A stretch of DNA of 64,000 bases. Origin: Deltaproteobacteria bacterium (GTDB taxonomy: Bacteria; Desulfobacterota; Deferrimicrobia; Deferrimicrobiales; Deferrimicrobiaceae). Both the position numbers and the translations under genes were made by a program. Every line of letters begins with the position of its first letter. Position 1 is the stretch's first letter. Positions 25,979 to 35,593 of this stretch are shown here, piece by piece. The stretch lies in NCBI GenBank assembly GCA_037439645.1, contig JBBIVQ010000002.1, positions 2,282-66,281 on the forward strand, in the 5' to 3' direction. The notes under the pieces are model-generated. The model saw only the letters and a program-made list of their open reading frames with translations. It did not search any database and had not been told where the DNA came from.

Positions 25979-28449
25979 AGCGGCACAGGACGATCACGAA
26001 GGGACAGGAGACGAAACGAATGAAACGCATGGGCTGGTTGCTGTGCGCGGCGCTTCTGCCGGCCGCCAACGTCTTCGGCGTGGAAGCGCCCCCTCCCGCC
26101 GTTCCGGCGCCGCCCGCGGTGGTCGAGCCGGCGGAGATTCCGCCGCTCCCGCCGGCCCCCGCCGCTCCGGCGCTTCCCACGGCTCCCGTCCCCGCGGCCG
26201 CTACGCCTGCGCTTCCCGCGGCTCCCGTCCCTGCGGCCGCTACGCCTGCGCTTCCCACGGCTCCCGTCCCCGCGGCCGCTACGCCTGCGCTTCCCGCGGC
26301 TCCCGTCCCCCCGTTTCCGGTTCCTCCTCGCGTCCCGGGACCGGCCGCACCGGCGGCGGCCGTGCCGGCCGGGGTCCCCACGCCGGCGGGCGGGCCCGTT
26401 CCCTTCCCCCGCGCCGTCGCCCCCGCTCCGGCCCCCGCGGTTTCCCACCGGGTTCCCGCCGTGACCGTTTCTTCCCCGCCCCCCGGGCGGCAGGAGGGAG
26501 GTGCCGGTTTCTTCGTGAAGTTCAACAACGCGGACATCTACGAAGTGATCCACACCCTGGGCCGCACGGCGGGGATCAACTACCTGATCGACCCGCGCGT
26601 CCGCGGCGTTGTGAACGTCCACACGCAGGGAGTGGTGCGCAAGGACGGCGCACTCGACCTCCTGTTCGCGATCCTCCGGATCAACGGGGCGACGGCGATC
26701 CGGGAGGGGGAGACGTACCACATCGTCCCGATGGCCGAGGCGAAGATGGAGCCGCTGTTCCCCTCGTTCGCCGGGGACAACGCGGCGAAGTCTCCATCCA
26801 ACCAGGTGGTCATGCGGGCGTTCCCGCTCCAGTACATCGGCGTGGCGGAGATGGGAAAGGTGATCAAGCCGTTCCTGTCGGCCGGAGGGGAGGCGGTGGA
26901 GGTCGCCCGGGCCAACATCCTTCTCGTGATCGACACGGCCGGGAACCTCGAGAAAACGTCGCGCCTTGTGGACCTCTTCGACTCCGAGGTGTTCCGATCC
27001 GCGGGGATGAAGCTGTTCAGGCTCCGGCACATCGATCCGGAGGAGATGGCGAGGAACCTCGACAACATCTTCGGAGCGCTCGATTTTTCCTCCACGCGGG
27101 CGGCCAGGCCGGCGGGGATCAACTTCGTCGCCGTCCCCCGGCTGAACTCGCTTCTGGTGGTCAGCGCGTCCCCGAAAACGATGGAGGACGTCGAGAAATG
27201 GATCGGGGAACTGGACCGGGAGGGGTCCGGAGCGTCCCGGGCGATCCACCGGTACCGGGTCAAGTACGGAAAGGTCAAGGACATCATCGCGGTGCTCGAG
27301 AAGCTGTACCCGAAGCGGACCGCGGCGATCGCCGACCGGACCACGGAGTTCAAGCCGGCGGTGGCCCAGGCGCCCGGGTCCGCGATCTCCCCGGCGTCGC
27401 CGCAGTCGCCGCCCCGCCCGGCTCCCGGGCCCGCCGCGTCCCCGGCGGCCGCATCGAAGGACGGGAAGGACGGGAAAGAGGGCGAGGGTTTCGACATCAT
27501 CCCCGACGAGCCGACGAACTCGCTGATCCTCCGCGCCAGCCTGTCGGAGTACACGGACATCCTCGAGAACCTGAAGGCGATCGACGTCTACCCCCAGCAG
27601 GTGCTGCTCGAGGTGCTGGTGGGAGAGGTGAACCTGAAGGACGACCTGAAGCTCGGGATCGACTGGAAGTGGCAGGGGACGAGGGGGGACGGGTACAGCC
27701 AGACCGCGACCCTGGCCACCGCCCCCGGCCTCGCGGTCAGCAACTTCAGCTACCTGGTCGAGAAGACGGGGCGGCTCACGGCGGCGTTCCGGTCGCTCGC
27801 GGAGAACGGGAGGGCGTCGGTCCTCTCTTCGCCGAGCGTCATCGCGACGAACGGCAAGAAGTCCCGCATCAACGTGGCCGACCAGGTCCCCGTGGTGACA
27901 TCGACGCTGCTGAGCAACACGAACCCGCCGGTGACCACGACCACCGTGGAATACCGGGACGTGGGGGTGATCCTCTCCTTCACCCCGTTCATCAACGACT
28001 TCGGACTGGTCACGCTCGAGATCGAACAGGAGGTGAGCGAGGTCAGCTCCACCTCGTCCGGATCGAACCCGACCTTTTTCAAGCGGAGCATCTCCACGAA
28101 CCTGATCGCCTCCCAGGACCAGAGCATCGTTCTCGGGGGGCTGGTCAAGGAGCGCAAATCCCTCGACCGCTCCGGGTTGCCGTGGATCTACAAGATCCCC
28201 CTCATCGGGTGGCTCTTCGGTTCGCGGGAGGACAGCGTCAGCCGGAACGAGCTGCTGATCTTCATCACGCCCCGGGTGATCCGCAACGTGGAGGAAGGGA
28301 TCCAGCTGAGCCGCGACTTCGAGGAGCGGGTCCAGCAGTTGAAAGGGAGGCTGGTGGAGACGCAGGGTATCCGGCTCAAGGGGCGCGCGGCTCCGCGGGC
28401 GCCGGAGCCGGCTTCGGGCCCTCCGCCGGGGAGCGCGCACCCGCAGTGA
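25975..28449 (+). CDS. gspD: Type II secretion secretin with a Pro/Ala-rich N-terminus
   Basis: KFNNADIYEVI, YLIDPRVRGVVN N0 domain, repeated N domains, QVLLEVLVGEV, SSPSVIATNG, YRDVGVIL, LGGL, PLIGWLF, RNELLIFITPRVI; real start may be 26020. Confidence 0.93.
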   Translation: MKRHRTITKGQETKRMKRMGWLLCAALLPAANVFGVEAPPPAVPAPPAVVEPAEIPPLPPAPAAPALPTAPVPAAATPALPAAPVPAAATPALPTAPVPAAATPALPAAPVPPFPVPPRVPGPAAPAAAVPAGVPTPAGGPVPFPRAVAPAPAPAVSHRVPAVTVSSPPPGRQEGGAGFFVKFNNADIYEVIHTLGRTAGINYLIDPRVRGVVNVHTQGVVRKDGALDLLFAILRINGATAIREGETYHIVPMAEAKMEPLFPSFAGDNAAKSPSNQVVMRAFPLQYIGVAEMGKVIKPFLSAGGEAVEVARANILLVIDTAGNLEKTSRLVDLFDSEVFRSAGMKLFRLRHIDPEEMARNLDNIFGALDFSSTRAARPAGINFVAVPRLNSLLVVSASPKTMEDVEKWIGELDREGSGASRAIHRYRVKYGKVKDIIAVLEKLYPKRTAAIADRTTEFKPAVAQAPGSAISPASPQSPPRPAPGPAASPAAASKDGKDGKEGEGFDIIPDEPTNSLILRASLSEYTDILENLKAIDVYPQQVLLEVLVGEVNLKDDLKLGIDWKWQGTRGDGYSQTATLATAPGLAVSNFSYLVEKTGRLTAAFRSLAENGRASVLSSPSVIATNGKKSRINVADQVPVVTSTLLSNTNPPVTTTTVEYRDVGVILSFTPFINDFGLVTLEIEQEVSEVSSTSSGSNPTFFKRSISTNLIASQDQSIVLGGLVKERKSLDRSGLPWIYKIPLIGWLFGSREDSVSRNELLIFITPRVIRNVEEGIQLSRDFEERVQQLKGRLVETQGIRLKGRAAPRAPEPASGPPPGSAHPQ
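26170..26310 (+). repeat. Coding tandem repeat of 39 bp, about 3.6 copies (ALP[T/A]APVPAAATP)
   Basis: Units start at 26170, 26209, 26248 and 26287, alternating ACG/GCG at the fourth codon. Confidence 0.9.
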
Positions 28450-28494
28450 GGCGGCCGGCCGCGGCGGTTTCCGGCGCCGCCGGAGGCGGCTTCG

Positions 28495-29013
28495 TCACGA
28501 AGCCGTGCGCCGGAGGAGCGTGGACAGATTCGCAGGGAGCGTGTGCTGCCGGAAGACGATCTTCCCGTCCCGGCCGATCAGGACGTAGGTCGGGATGCCG
28601 ACGACGCCGTATGCGCGCGCAACCGACCCGTGCTCGTCGAGGAGCACCGGGTAGCGGATGCCGCGGGATTTCACCGCCGCCGCCACCTTTTCGCCGGACT
28701 CGCGGAAGTCGAGGGCGAGCACCTGTAACGATCCCGAAAGCGGACCTCCGTTCAGCGCGTTGAGGCCGGGGATGGCCGCCTTGCACTCGGGGCACCATGT
28801 GGCCCAGAAAACAAGAAGCACCGGTTTCTTCCCCGAATAATCGGACAGCGTCACCGGGTTGCCGTCGAGGGAGAGAAGCGTGAAGTCGGCGATTCCCGAG
28901 CCCGCGAGGCCTCCCGGATCCGCCGCCGCGGCGACACGGACGGGATCGGATGGGACGAACCCGATAAAAAGGAAAAGCAGGGCCGTGGCAGCACGTATCG
29001 TCCGCATCCGCAT
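28495..29013 (-). CDS. TlpA/ResA-like periplasmic thiol-disulfide oxidoreductase
   Basis: Signal/TM segment, DFTLLSLDG, FWATWCPEC (CxxC), YGVVGIPT. Confidence 0.9.
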   Translation of the reverse strand: MRMRTIRAATALLFLFIGFVPSDPVRVAAAADPGGLAGSGIADFTLLSLDGNPVTLSDYSGKKPVLLVFWATWCPECKAAIPGLNALNGGPLSGSLQVLALDFRESGEKVAAAVKSRGIRYPVLLDEHGSVARAYGVVGIPTYVLIGRDGKIVFRQHTLPANLSTLLRRTAS

Positions 29014-29082
29014 CCGCTCCTTTCGACCGGTAAGATGCCGGGAACCCGCCGTTGCGTTTCGCCCGGACACGGCGTCGGGACG

Positions 29083-29814
29083 CTACACGAGCCGCTTTCC
29101 GGCCTCGAGGAGCAGGTACTCCCCGGCGAGAAGAAGCACGACCGCGAACCCTTTCTTGACCCGGACGAGCCATTCACCGGAACGGGGGAGACGTGCGAGC
29201 AGCCCGGTGCAGGCGCCGAGCGCCACGACCGGGAGCCCCATTCCCAGTGCGAAGGTGAACAGCAGGGTCGCGCCGAAGAACGGGTTCCCGCTCGAACCGA
29301 CGTAGAGAAGGACGCCTCCGAGCACCGGCGCCGTGCACGGTCCGACGATGCATCCCGAGAGGACTCCCACGAGGAAGGCCCCGCCGGCGCTCCCCGGCCC
29401 TCCTTCCGGGCCCGCCGGCCGGGAAAGGAAGGCCGGGGTCGGCAACCGGAGGACGTCGAAGAGCGCGAGCGACAGAAGAATGCAGACGTTCCCGGCGAAA
29501 AGGTAGGAGAGCGGGTGGGCCGTCACCTCGCCGAAGACCCGGCCGGTCATCCCGGCGGCCATCCCGAGGGCCGCGTAGGTCGACGCCATTCCGACCACGT
29601 ACGCCCCGGAAAAGAGGAAGACACTGCCCCTCGAACCCGCGGACCGGCTGCCGAGATACCCGAGCGTGATCGGCAGGACAGGGTAGACGCACGGTGTGAA
29701 GCTGGTGAGGAGCCCCCCGAGAAACGCGGCCGCGTACGCCAGGGGAGAACCGGCCTGGAGGTATCCGTGGATCGACGACAGGAACGTCGGGGCCAGCGAC
29801 GCGTCCGGAGTCAT
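29083..29814 (-). CDS. ccdA: CcdA/DsbD-beta cytochrome c biogenesis membrane protein
   Basis: GGLLTSFTPCVYP and GPCTAPVL conserved Cys-Pro motifs; six TMs; LPRSGEW. Confidence 0.88.
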   Translation of the reverse strand: MTPDASLAPTFLSSIHGYLQAGSPLAYAAAFLGGLLTSFTPCVYPVLPITLGYLGSRSAGSRGSVFLFSGAYVVGMASTYAALGMAAGMTGRVFGEVTAHPLSYLFAGNVCILLSLALFDVLRLPTPAFLSRPAGPEGGPGSAGGAFLVGVLSGCIVGPCTAPVLGGVLLYVGSSGNPFFGATLLFTFALGMGLPVVALGACTGLLARLPRSGEWLVRVKKGFAVVLLLAGEYLLLEAGKRLV

Positions 29815-29840
29815 CGGCGTTCCCGGTCTGGCATGGGAAT

Positions 29841-29869
29841 AGTGTACTTCCCGGAAACCGGCGAATCAA
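29841..29869 (-). promoter_or_regulatory. Sigma70-type promoter for ccdA-tlpA
   Basis: TTGATT-N17-TACACT on the minus strand. Confidence 0.6.
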
Positions 29870-29947
29870 TTCGCCGATCCAAGTGAGTACGGGGGGACGA
29901 ATGCTGCGACCGGGAAAATCGCGTCCAGGACGCCCGGGAGGCCTTCG

Positions 29948-32197
29948 ATGAGCCGTCTGGGGTTGCGGGGTCCGCGGAAACCGGCGGAAAAGGGCGGGTG
30001 GCTGGGGGGTGAGAACCTCCCCGGGAAGTTCACGGCCGTCTATCTCTTGTTCGGCGCCCTCTGGCTGGGCTTGATGACGTGGCTGGTGCCGCACGGCAAG
30101 GTGTATTTCATCGAGGACAGCATCACCTTCCTCGGGACGTCCGCCATCGTATTCGTACTCATCCGGACCGGGGTGCGGACGCTGCGCGCGAAGGAGTCCG
30201 ACCTGCGGGAGAGCGAGGACCGTCTTGCCCGGATCATCGAGACGAACGTGGGGGGGATCGTCGTCTTCGACGGGAACGGGACGATCACGTTCGCGAACAA
30301 CGCGGCGGGCGAGATCCTCGGCGTCGGCCGTGAAGCGTTGATCGGCCTTCGCCACGACGACCCGGCGTTGGACCTGGCCGGCGTCGACGGCGCCCCGATG
30401 CGGGATGGGGACCGCCCTCTCGACAAGGTACGGACCACCCGGCTGCCGGCGTACGACGTCGAGGTATCGGTGCGGCACCGGGACGGCGGCCGCATCCTCC
30501 TCACGTTGAACGCCGCCCCCCTTCTCGACGCGCAGAAGAAGATCGTCGGGACGGTCGTCTCTTTCAGCGACATCACCGAACGGAAAAAGGTCGAGGATCT
30601 CAAGATCCGCAAGCTCCTCCTCGCGGTGGAGCAGAGCCCGTCCGCCATCGTCATCACAGACCTCGAGGGGAACGTGGAGTACGCGAATCCCCGGTACGTC
30701 TCCATGTCCGGCTGCACCGTGAAGGAGGCGTTGTGCGGGTATATTCCCCACCACTGCATGATTCCGGAAGAAAAACTCGAGGAGATGCGGGCGTCCGTCC
30801 TTTCCGGGATTTCCTGGAAAGGGGAGTTCCGCTGCCTTCGGCAAGGGGGGGAACCGTACTGGGAGTCTACGTCCCTCACGCCGGTCCGCACGGCGGAGGG
30901 GGAGACGACCAACATCCTTTGGGTGCGCGAAGACATCACCGCCCGCAAGGAGGCGGAAGAAGCGAGGAGGCTGGCGGAGGAGAAGCTGCGGGTGACCGAG
31001 GGACGGTTCCGCCAGATCTTCGAACAGAACGAGGAGCCGCTGCTCCTCTTCCGGGGGGGGAGCGCGGAGGTCGTCGACGTGAACCCGGCGGCGGCCCGCA
31101 TGTACGGTCATCCGAGGGATACGCTGGTGCGGGAAGGGATCTCCCTGTTCGTCCCGGAAAGCGAGCGGGAAAAATTCTCGCGCGGGATCGCCGGCATCCG
31201 GGAAGGCGCCGCCCTCGGCATCGAACGGATGAATCACCTCCGTAGCGACGGGCAACGGATCGTCGTATCGATCCGGGGCAACCAGGTCAACACGGAGAGC
31301 GGGACCGTGTCGCTCTGTTCGGTCCGCGACATCACGGCGCGGATCCGGATGGAGGAGGAGGCGAAGCACCACCAGGCCCAGCTGATCCACGCGAACCGGA
31401 TGACCGCCCTCGGGACGATCGTCTCCGGAGTGGCGCACGAAGTGAACAACCCGAACAACCTCATCATGTTCAACGCCCCGCTGGTCCTTTCGGCATGGGA
31501 GGACGCCAGGCCGATCCTCGACGGCTACCACCGGGAAAGCGGCGACTTCCTCCTGGCGGGGCTTCCGTACTCCGAAATGCGGGAGACGGTTCCGACGCTC
31601 GTGGCGGGAGTGTCCGACGCCTCCCGGAGGATCAAGGCGATCGTCGCGAGTTTGAAGGATTTCGCGCGCCAGGACCGCGGGAAGGAGCACGCACCGGTCG
31701 ACGTGAACGACGTGGTCCGCACCGCGATCGCCATCCTCAACCACGAGATCCTGCGGGGCACGCACCGGTTCGCCGCGTCGTACGGCGAGAACCTCCCCCC
31801 GGTCATGGGATCAGCCCGGCAGCTCGAGCAGATCGTCATCAACCTCGTGAACAACGCCCTCCAGTCCCTCCCTTCGAATCGGCACGGGATCAGGGTGGGC
31901 ACCCGGGCGGACGACGGGGCCGGGCAGGTCGAGATCTTCGTGGAGGACGAAGGCGCGGGGATGTCCTCCGAGGTGCTCGAGAGGATCAAGGAACCGTTTT
32001 TTTCGACCCGCCTGGACAGCGGCGGGCTCGGACTCGGGGTGTCGATCTGCAAGTCGATCGCCGAGGAGCACGGAGGAACGCTGGAGTACGAGTCGCGGGA
32101 GGGGGCGGGGACCCGGGCATCGGTACGGTTACCGGCCATCGGTGGTACGATGGGCGGCGCGGAGATGCATCCGCCGAAGATATTCTCCGGGAGGTAG
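29948..32197 (+). CDS. Multi-PAS sensor histidine kinase
   Basis: Two N-terminal TMs, three PAS/PAC domains, VAHEVNNP H-box, NLVNNA N-box, EDEGAG, PFFST, GLGLG. Confidence 0.93.
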   Translation: MSRLGLRGPRKPAEKGGWLGGENLPGKFTAVYLLFGALWLGLMTWLVPHGKVYFIEDSITFLGTSAIVFVLIRTGVRTLRAKESDLRESEDRLARIIETNVGGIVVFDGNGTITFANNAAGEILGVGREALIGLRHDDPALDLAGVDGAPMRDGDRPLDKVRTTRLPAYDVEVSVRHRDGGRILLTLNAAPLLDAQKKIVGTVVSFSDITERKKVEDLKIRKLLLAVEQSPSAIVITDLEGNVEYANPRYVSMSGCTVKEALCGYIPHHCMIPEEKLEEMRASVLSGISWKGEFRCLRQGGEPYWESTSLTPVRTAEGETTNILWVREDITARKEAEEARRLAEEKLRVTEGRFRQIFEQNEEPLLLFRGGSAEVVDVNPAAARMYGHPRDTLVREGISLFVPESEREKFSRGIAGIREGAALGIERMNHLRSDGQRIVVSIRGNQVNTESGTVSLCSVRDITARIRMEEEAKHHQAQLIHANRMTALGTIVSGVAHEVNNPNNLIMFNAPLVLSAWEDARPILDGYHRESGDFLLAGLPYSEMRETVPTLVAGVSDASRRIKAIVASLKDFARQDRGKEHAPVDVNDVVRTAIAILNHEILRGTHRFAASYGENLPPVMGSARQLEQIVINLVNNALQSLPSNRHGIRVGTRADDGAGQVEIFVEDEGAGMSSEVLERIKEPFFSTRLDSGGLGLGVSICKSIAEEHGGTLEYESREGAGTRASVRLPAIGGTMGGAEMHPPKIFSGR

Positions 32198-32201
32198 CGC
32201 G

Positions 32202-33656
32202 GTGGAACCGGCGCGGGGCGGGCACCCGGTCGTGCTCGTGGACGACGACACCCAGTTTCTCCTCTCCTCGGGCATCACCCTTCGGGCCTCGGGGATCTCC
32301 CCGGTCGTGACGATCGAGGACAGCCGCAAGGTGATGGAGTTCCTCGAGGACCGGGATGCCGATGCGGTCGTCATCGATCTCTCCATGCCGCACCTCGCCG
32401 GAAAGGATCTCCTGCTGCGGATGAAGGAACGGTACCCGGAACTTCCGGTCATCGTGATGACCGGCCACAACGAGGTGGAGGTGGCCGTCGATTGCATGAA
32501 GGCAGGCGCGTTCGACTACCTCGTGAAGCCGGTCGAACGCTCCCGCTTCGTCTCCTCGATCCGGCGGGCGCTGGAGGTGCGCGCGCTCCGCGAGGAGGTC
32601 GATTCCCTCAAGTCCCACTTCCTGTCGGGCCGGGTCCGCAACGAGGCCGCGTTCTCGGGAATCGTCACGGAGCACCGGAAGATGCTGGCCGCCTTCCAGT
32701 ACGTCGAGGCGATCGCCCCATCGCGCAACCCGGTTCTCCTCACCGGGGAGACGGGGACCGGCAAGGAACTCGTTGCGAGGGCGCTCCACGCGCTGAGCGG
32801 CACCGCGGGCGAGCTCGTCCCGGTGAACGTCGCCGGTCTCGAGGACGCCATGTTCTCCGACACCCTCTTCGGCCACCGAAGGGGGGCGTTCACGGGGGCC
32901 GATCACCCTCGCGACGGGCTGGTCGCGCGGGCGTCCGGGGGCACCCTTTTCCTCGACGAGATCGGGGACCTCGGGGAATCGTCCCAGGTGAAACTGCTGC
33001 GCCTTCTCGAAGAGCGGAAATATTACCCGCTGGGGTCGGACGTGCCGAAGGAGAGCGACGCCCGGGTCATCTGCGCCACCCATCACCCGCTCGAGAAACG
33101 GGTGAAGGAAGGGAAGTTCCGCCGTGACCTCTACTATCGCCTGTCGGCGCACCGGGTCCACCTGCCCCCCCTGCGGGAGCGGAAAGAGGACATCCCGCTC
33201 CTGGTGGACGCCTTCCTCGAGGAAGCCTCGCGGGCCGAGGGAAAGAGGAAGCCGACCCCTCCCCCGGAGCTGTACACCCTGCTGTCCGCGTACGATTTCC
33301 CCGGGAACGTCCGGGAACTGCGGATGCTGGTATGCGACGCGGTGCTTCGGCACCCGGGCGGGGTCCTGTCCCTCGAGAGTTTCCGCAACGCGGTCGGAGC
33401 CGTGGGGCCTCCTCCGTCCGGATCGGGAGTTTCCCCCCGCATCGACGGCGAAGGTCCGTCCGCACCTTTCACGGGAGTATCGAGGTTGCCGACGCTCAAG
33501 GAGGCCGAGGAGCAGCTCGTGAGGGAGGCCCTCGCCAGGGCGCGGAACAACCAGGGGATCGCCGCCACTCTCCTCGGGATCACGCGGCAGGCGCTGAACA
33601 AGCGGCTGATCCGGGGGCAGAGGGCGGGGGAAAGCGGCGCGGAACCGGAGGAGTAG
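32202..33656 (+). CDS. NtrC-family sigma54-dependent response regulator
   Basis: REC (VDDD, DLSMP, KP), GETGTGKE, GAFTGA, FLDEIG, FPGNVREL, Fis-type HTH; GTG start. Confidence 0.93.
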   Translation: MEPARGGHPVVLVDDDTQFLLSSGITLRASGISPVVTIEDSRKVMEFLEDRDADAVVIDLSMPHLAGKDLLLRMKERYPELPVIVMTGHNEVEVAVDCMKAGAFDYLVKPVERSRFVSSIRRALEVRALREEVDSLKSHFLSGRVRNEAAFSGIVTEHRKMLAAFQYVEAIAPSRNPVLLTGETGTGKELVARALHALSGTAGELVPVNVAGLEDAMFSDTLFGHRRGAFTGADHPRDGLVARASGGTLFLDEIGDLGESSQVKLLRLLEERKYYPLGSDVPKESDARVICATHHPLEKRVKEGKFRRDLYYRLSAHRVHLPPLRERKEDIPLLVDAFLEEASRAEGKRKPTPPPELYTLLSAYDFPGNVRELRMLVCDAVLRHPGGVLSLESFRNAVGAVGPPPSGSGVSPRIDGEGPSAPFTGVSRLPTLKEAEEQLVREALARARNNQGIAATLLGITRQALNKRLIRGQRAGESGAEPEE

Positions 33657-33660
33657 AGCC

Positions 33661-34053
33661 GTGGCCTCCCCCGACCGGATCCTGTTCGTGGACGACGAGG
33701 CCCCGTTCCGGTTCGCCGCGCTGGTGGCTCTTCGGCAGGCCGGTTACCGGGCCGAGGCGGCCTCGGACGGCAGGGACGCGATGACGAAGCTCCTCCTCGC
33801 GGAGGAGTCCGGAGTTCCGTTCCGTCTCGTGGTCACGGACATCCTCATGCCGGGGATGTCCGGGATCGAACTGATCGACGCGATCAAGGATGCCGGAATC
33901 ACCCCGACCGTGTGCGCCATCACCTGTTTCCGGGACCGGGGCCTGATCGACGTGCTCGCCGGGAAAGGGTGCACCGAACACCTGGAGAAGCCGTTCCCGC
34001 CCGAGGAACTCGTCCGCTGGATCTCCCGCGTCCTTTCCTCTCCCTGCGCATGA
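33661..34053 (+). CDS. Single-domain response regulator (REC)
   Basis: FVDDE, TDILMPGMSG, EKPF. Confidence 0.88.
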   Translation: MASPDRILFVDDEAPFRFAALVALRQAGYRAEAASDGRDAMTKLLLAEESGVPFRLVVTDILMPGMSGIELIDAIKDAGITPTVCAITCFRDRGLIDVLAGKGCTEHLEKPFPPEELVRWISRVLSSPCA

Positions 34054-34514
34054 TCCGCTTGGTACACCCCTTCATCATTTCGGTAGCCATTAACGGATGT
34101 CCATGGGACTCCGGGCTCGCGGGGGGCTGTAACGAAGCTACGGCTCGTCGACCGTCCGTGGTCTCCTCGCCTGCGCCTCCGCGAGGCGAACGACGTCCCT
34201 GTCTCCGCTGCGCTCCAGACGCCGCTGCGTGGAACCCCCCGCTGCGCCCTGCGTCCGGATACGTTACCGTAATGAAACGCAGCACTTAGCCGGAACAGAC
34301 GCCCGATGACCGCTTCCGGTCCTGCGGATCGGTGCGACACCGGTTGCTCGGGGATGATCTGTCGCTCATATGGAATTCCATTGTTTTTCGAAAGGTTACT
34401 CATTGCCATCCCTCCGTGTGCCTCCGGATGCGGGAAAATTCCGTCCCTCGTCGCCCCCGGTGTCGGATCTTGTCAAACAGATGATTTCCATAGGGAAACG
34501 ACATTGTCGTCGAT

Positions 34515-34530
34515 TGGCACTTCTCTTGAA
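34515..34530 (+). promoter_or_regulatory. Candidate sigma54 (-24/-12) promoter
   Basis: TGGCAC-TTCTC-TTGAA (GA instead of GC at -12), 44 nt upstream of the GTG at 34575. Confidence 0.4.
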
Positions 34531-34574
34531 ATACTCCCGCCAGACGGAAGGGGGACACCCGGGGGGGGGAGACG

Positions 34575-34964
34575 GTGAGCGACGGGAAGCACATTCTGGT
34601 CGCGGACGACGAGGCGGGGTTCCGGTTTTCGATTTCGGTCGCCCTTCGCGGCGCGGGGTATCGCGTTACCGAAGCGGTCGACGGCATGGACGCGTTGGGC
34701 CGGGCGGTCCGTGAATTCGAGGCGGGAACCCCCGTGGATCTGCTGGTGACCGACATCTGCATGCCGAACCTGTCGGGGGAGGAACTGATCCGCGAACTTC
34801 GACGGCGCGCGGTTCCGATCCAGGTCTTCGTGGTCACGGGCTCCTTCGATCCGATGCTTCCGCTCGAGTTGGACGCCGGGGATCGGACGGCATATATCGA
34901 GAAACCGTTCCGCCCGGAAGATCTGGTGCGGCGGATCGGGAACCTCCTTGAGAGCACGGTGTAG
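34575..34964 (+). CDS. Single-domain response regulator (REC)
   Basis: VADDE, TDICMPNLSG, EKPF. Confidence 0.88.
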   Translation: MSDGKHILVADDEAGFRFSISVALRGAGYRVTEAVDGMDALGRAVREFEAGTPVDLLVTDICMPNLSGEELIRELRRRAVPIQVFVVTGSFDPMLPLELDAGDRTAYIEKPFRPEDLVRRIGNLLESTV

Positions 34965-35103
34965 GGGGGTGTGGTAGCGGCGGCTGCCGCCGTTCCGGAA
35001 CGGATCGGTTCCCATGCTTCGATGCGGCTTCCCCGAAGGGTTGAGTCTCCTCCATGTGCGGAGTAAGATGGTCGCAAATCGCTCCCGAAGGAGGAATTCC
35101 GAA

Positions 35104-35433
35104 ATGCGCGTTCGTTCCATGGTGTTGGGTATCATATGCGTGGTGGCTCTCGCCGTCGCCGTCGGTTGCGCCAAGCAGGAACCCCCGCCGCCCGCCGCTC
35201 CGGCCGCTCCCGCGGCTCCCGCGGCGGCCGCTCCGGCGGCGGACGGCAAAGCCCTCTTCGAGGCGAAGTGCAGCGTCTGCCACGGGCTGGACCGGGCGAC
35301 GGCCCGCCACGAGACGAAGGAGAAGTGGGCGAGCATCGTCAAGGAGATGCAGGGGAAGAAAGCCGACTGGATCTCCGACGCCGACGCGTCGAAGATCGTC
35401 GAGTACCTCGCCCTGGACCACGGCAAGAAGTAA
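35104..35433 (+). CDS. Small monoheme c-type cytochrome lipoprotein
   Basis: Lipobox AVGC, Pro/Ala linker, CSVCH heme motif, distal Met (KEMQ); AGGAGG RBS. Confidence 0.85.
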   Translation: MRVRSMVLGIICVVALAVAVGCAKQEPPPPAAPAAPAAPAAAAPAADGKALFEAKCSVCHGLDRATARHETKEKWASIVKEMQGKKADWISDADASKIVEYLALDHGKK

Positions 35434-35486
35434 TCCACGGCCGGGAGGGGCGGGCGGTCGATCGCCCATCCCCGGGTAGAGCGAAC

Positions 35487-35525
35487 GGGCGGTCCCAGGC
35501 GCAGGGGACCGCCCGGTTTTTCTTT
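35487..35525 (+). terminator. Intrinsic terminator
   Basis: GGGCGGTCCC-N8-GGGACCGCCC 10-bp stem followed by a T-tract. Confidence 0.8.
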
Positions 35526-35593
35526 CGGGGGCGCCCCGGCATGGGCTTCGCGCCGCCGGGGCACCCCCTCATCCGGAAGATCGGAGAGCGCGT

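Noticed and set aside
17749-31765. Long antisense or alternate-frame ORFs (for example 17749..19752, 25735..28440, 25791..28763, 29174..31765)
   Set aside because: Arg/Pro/Gly-rich shadow ORFs expected in high-GC DNA; they overlap well-supported genes and show no motifs.
34054-34574. 520-bp intergenic region as a riboswitch, ncRNA or small gene
   Set aside because: No c-di-GMP, SRP, tRNA or other motif that I could recognise; the short CCGCTGCG repeats are weak, and spanning ORFs lack coding features. An Infernal/Rfam scan would settle it.
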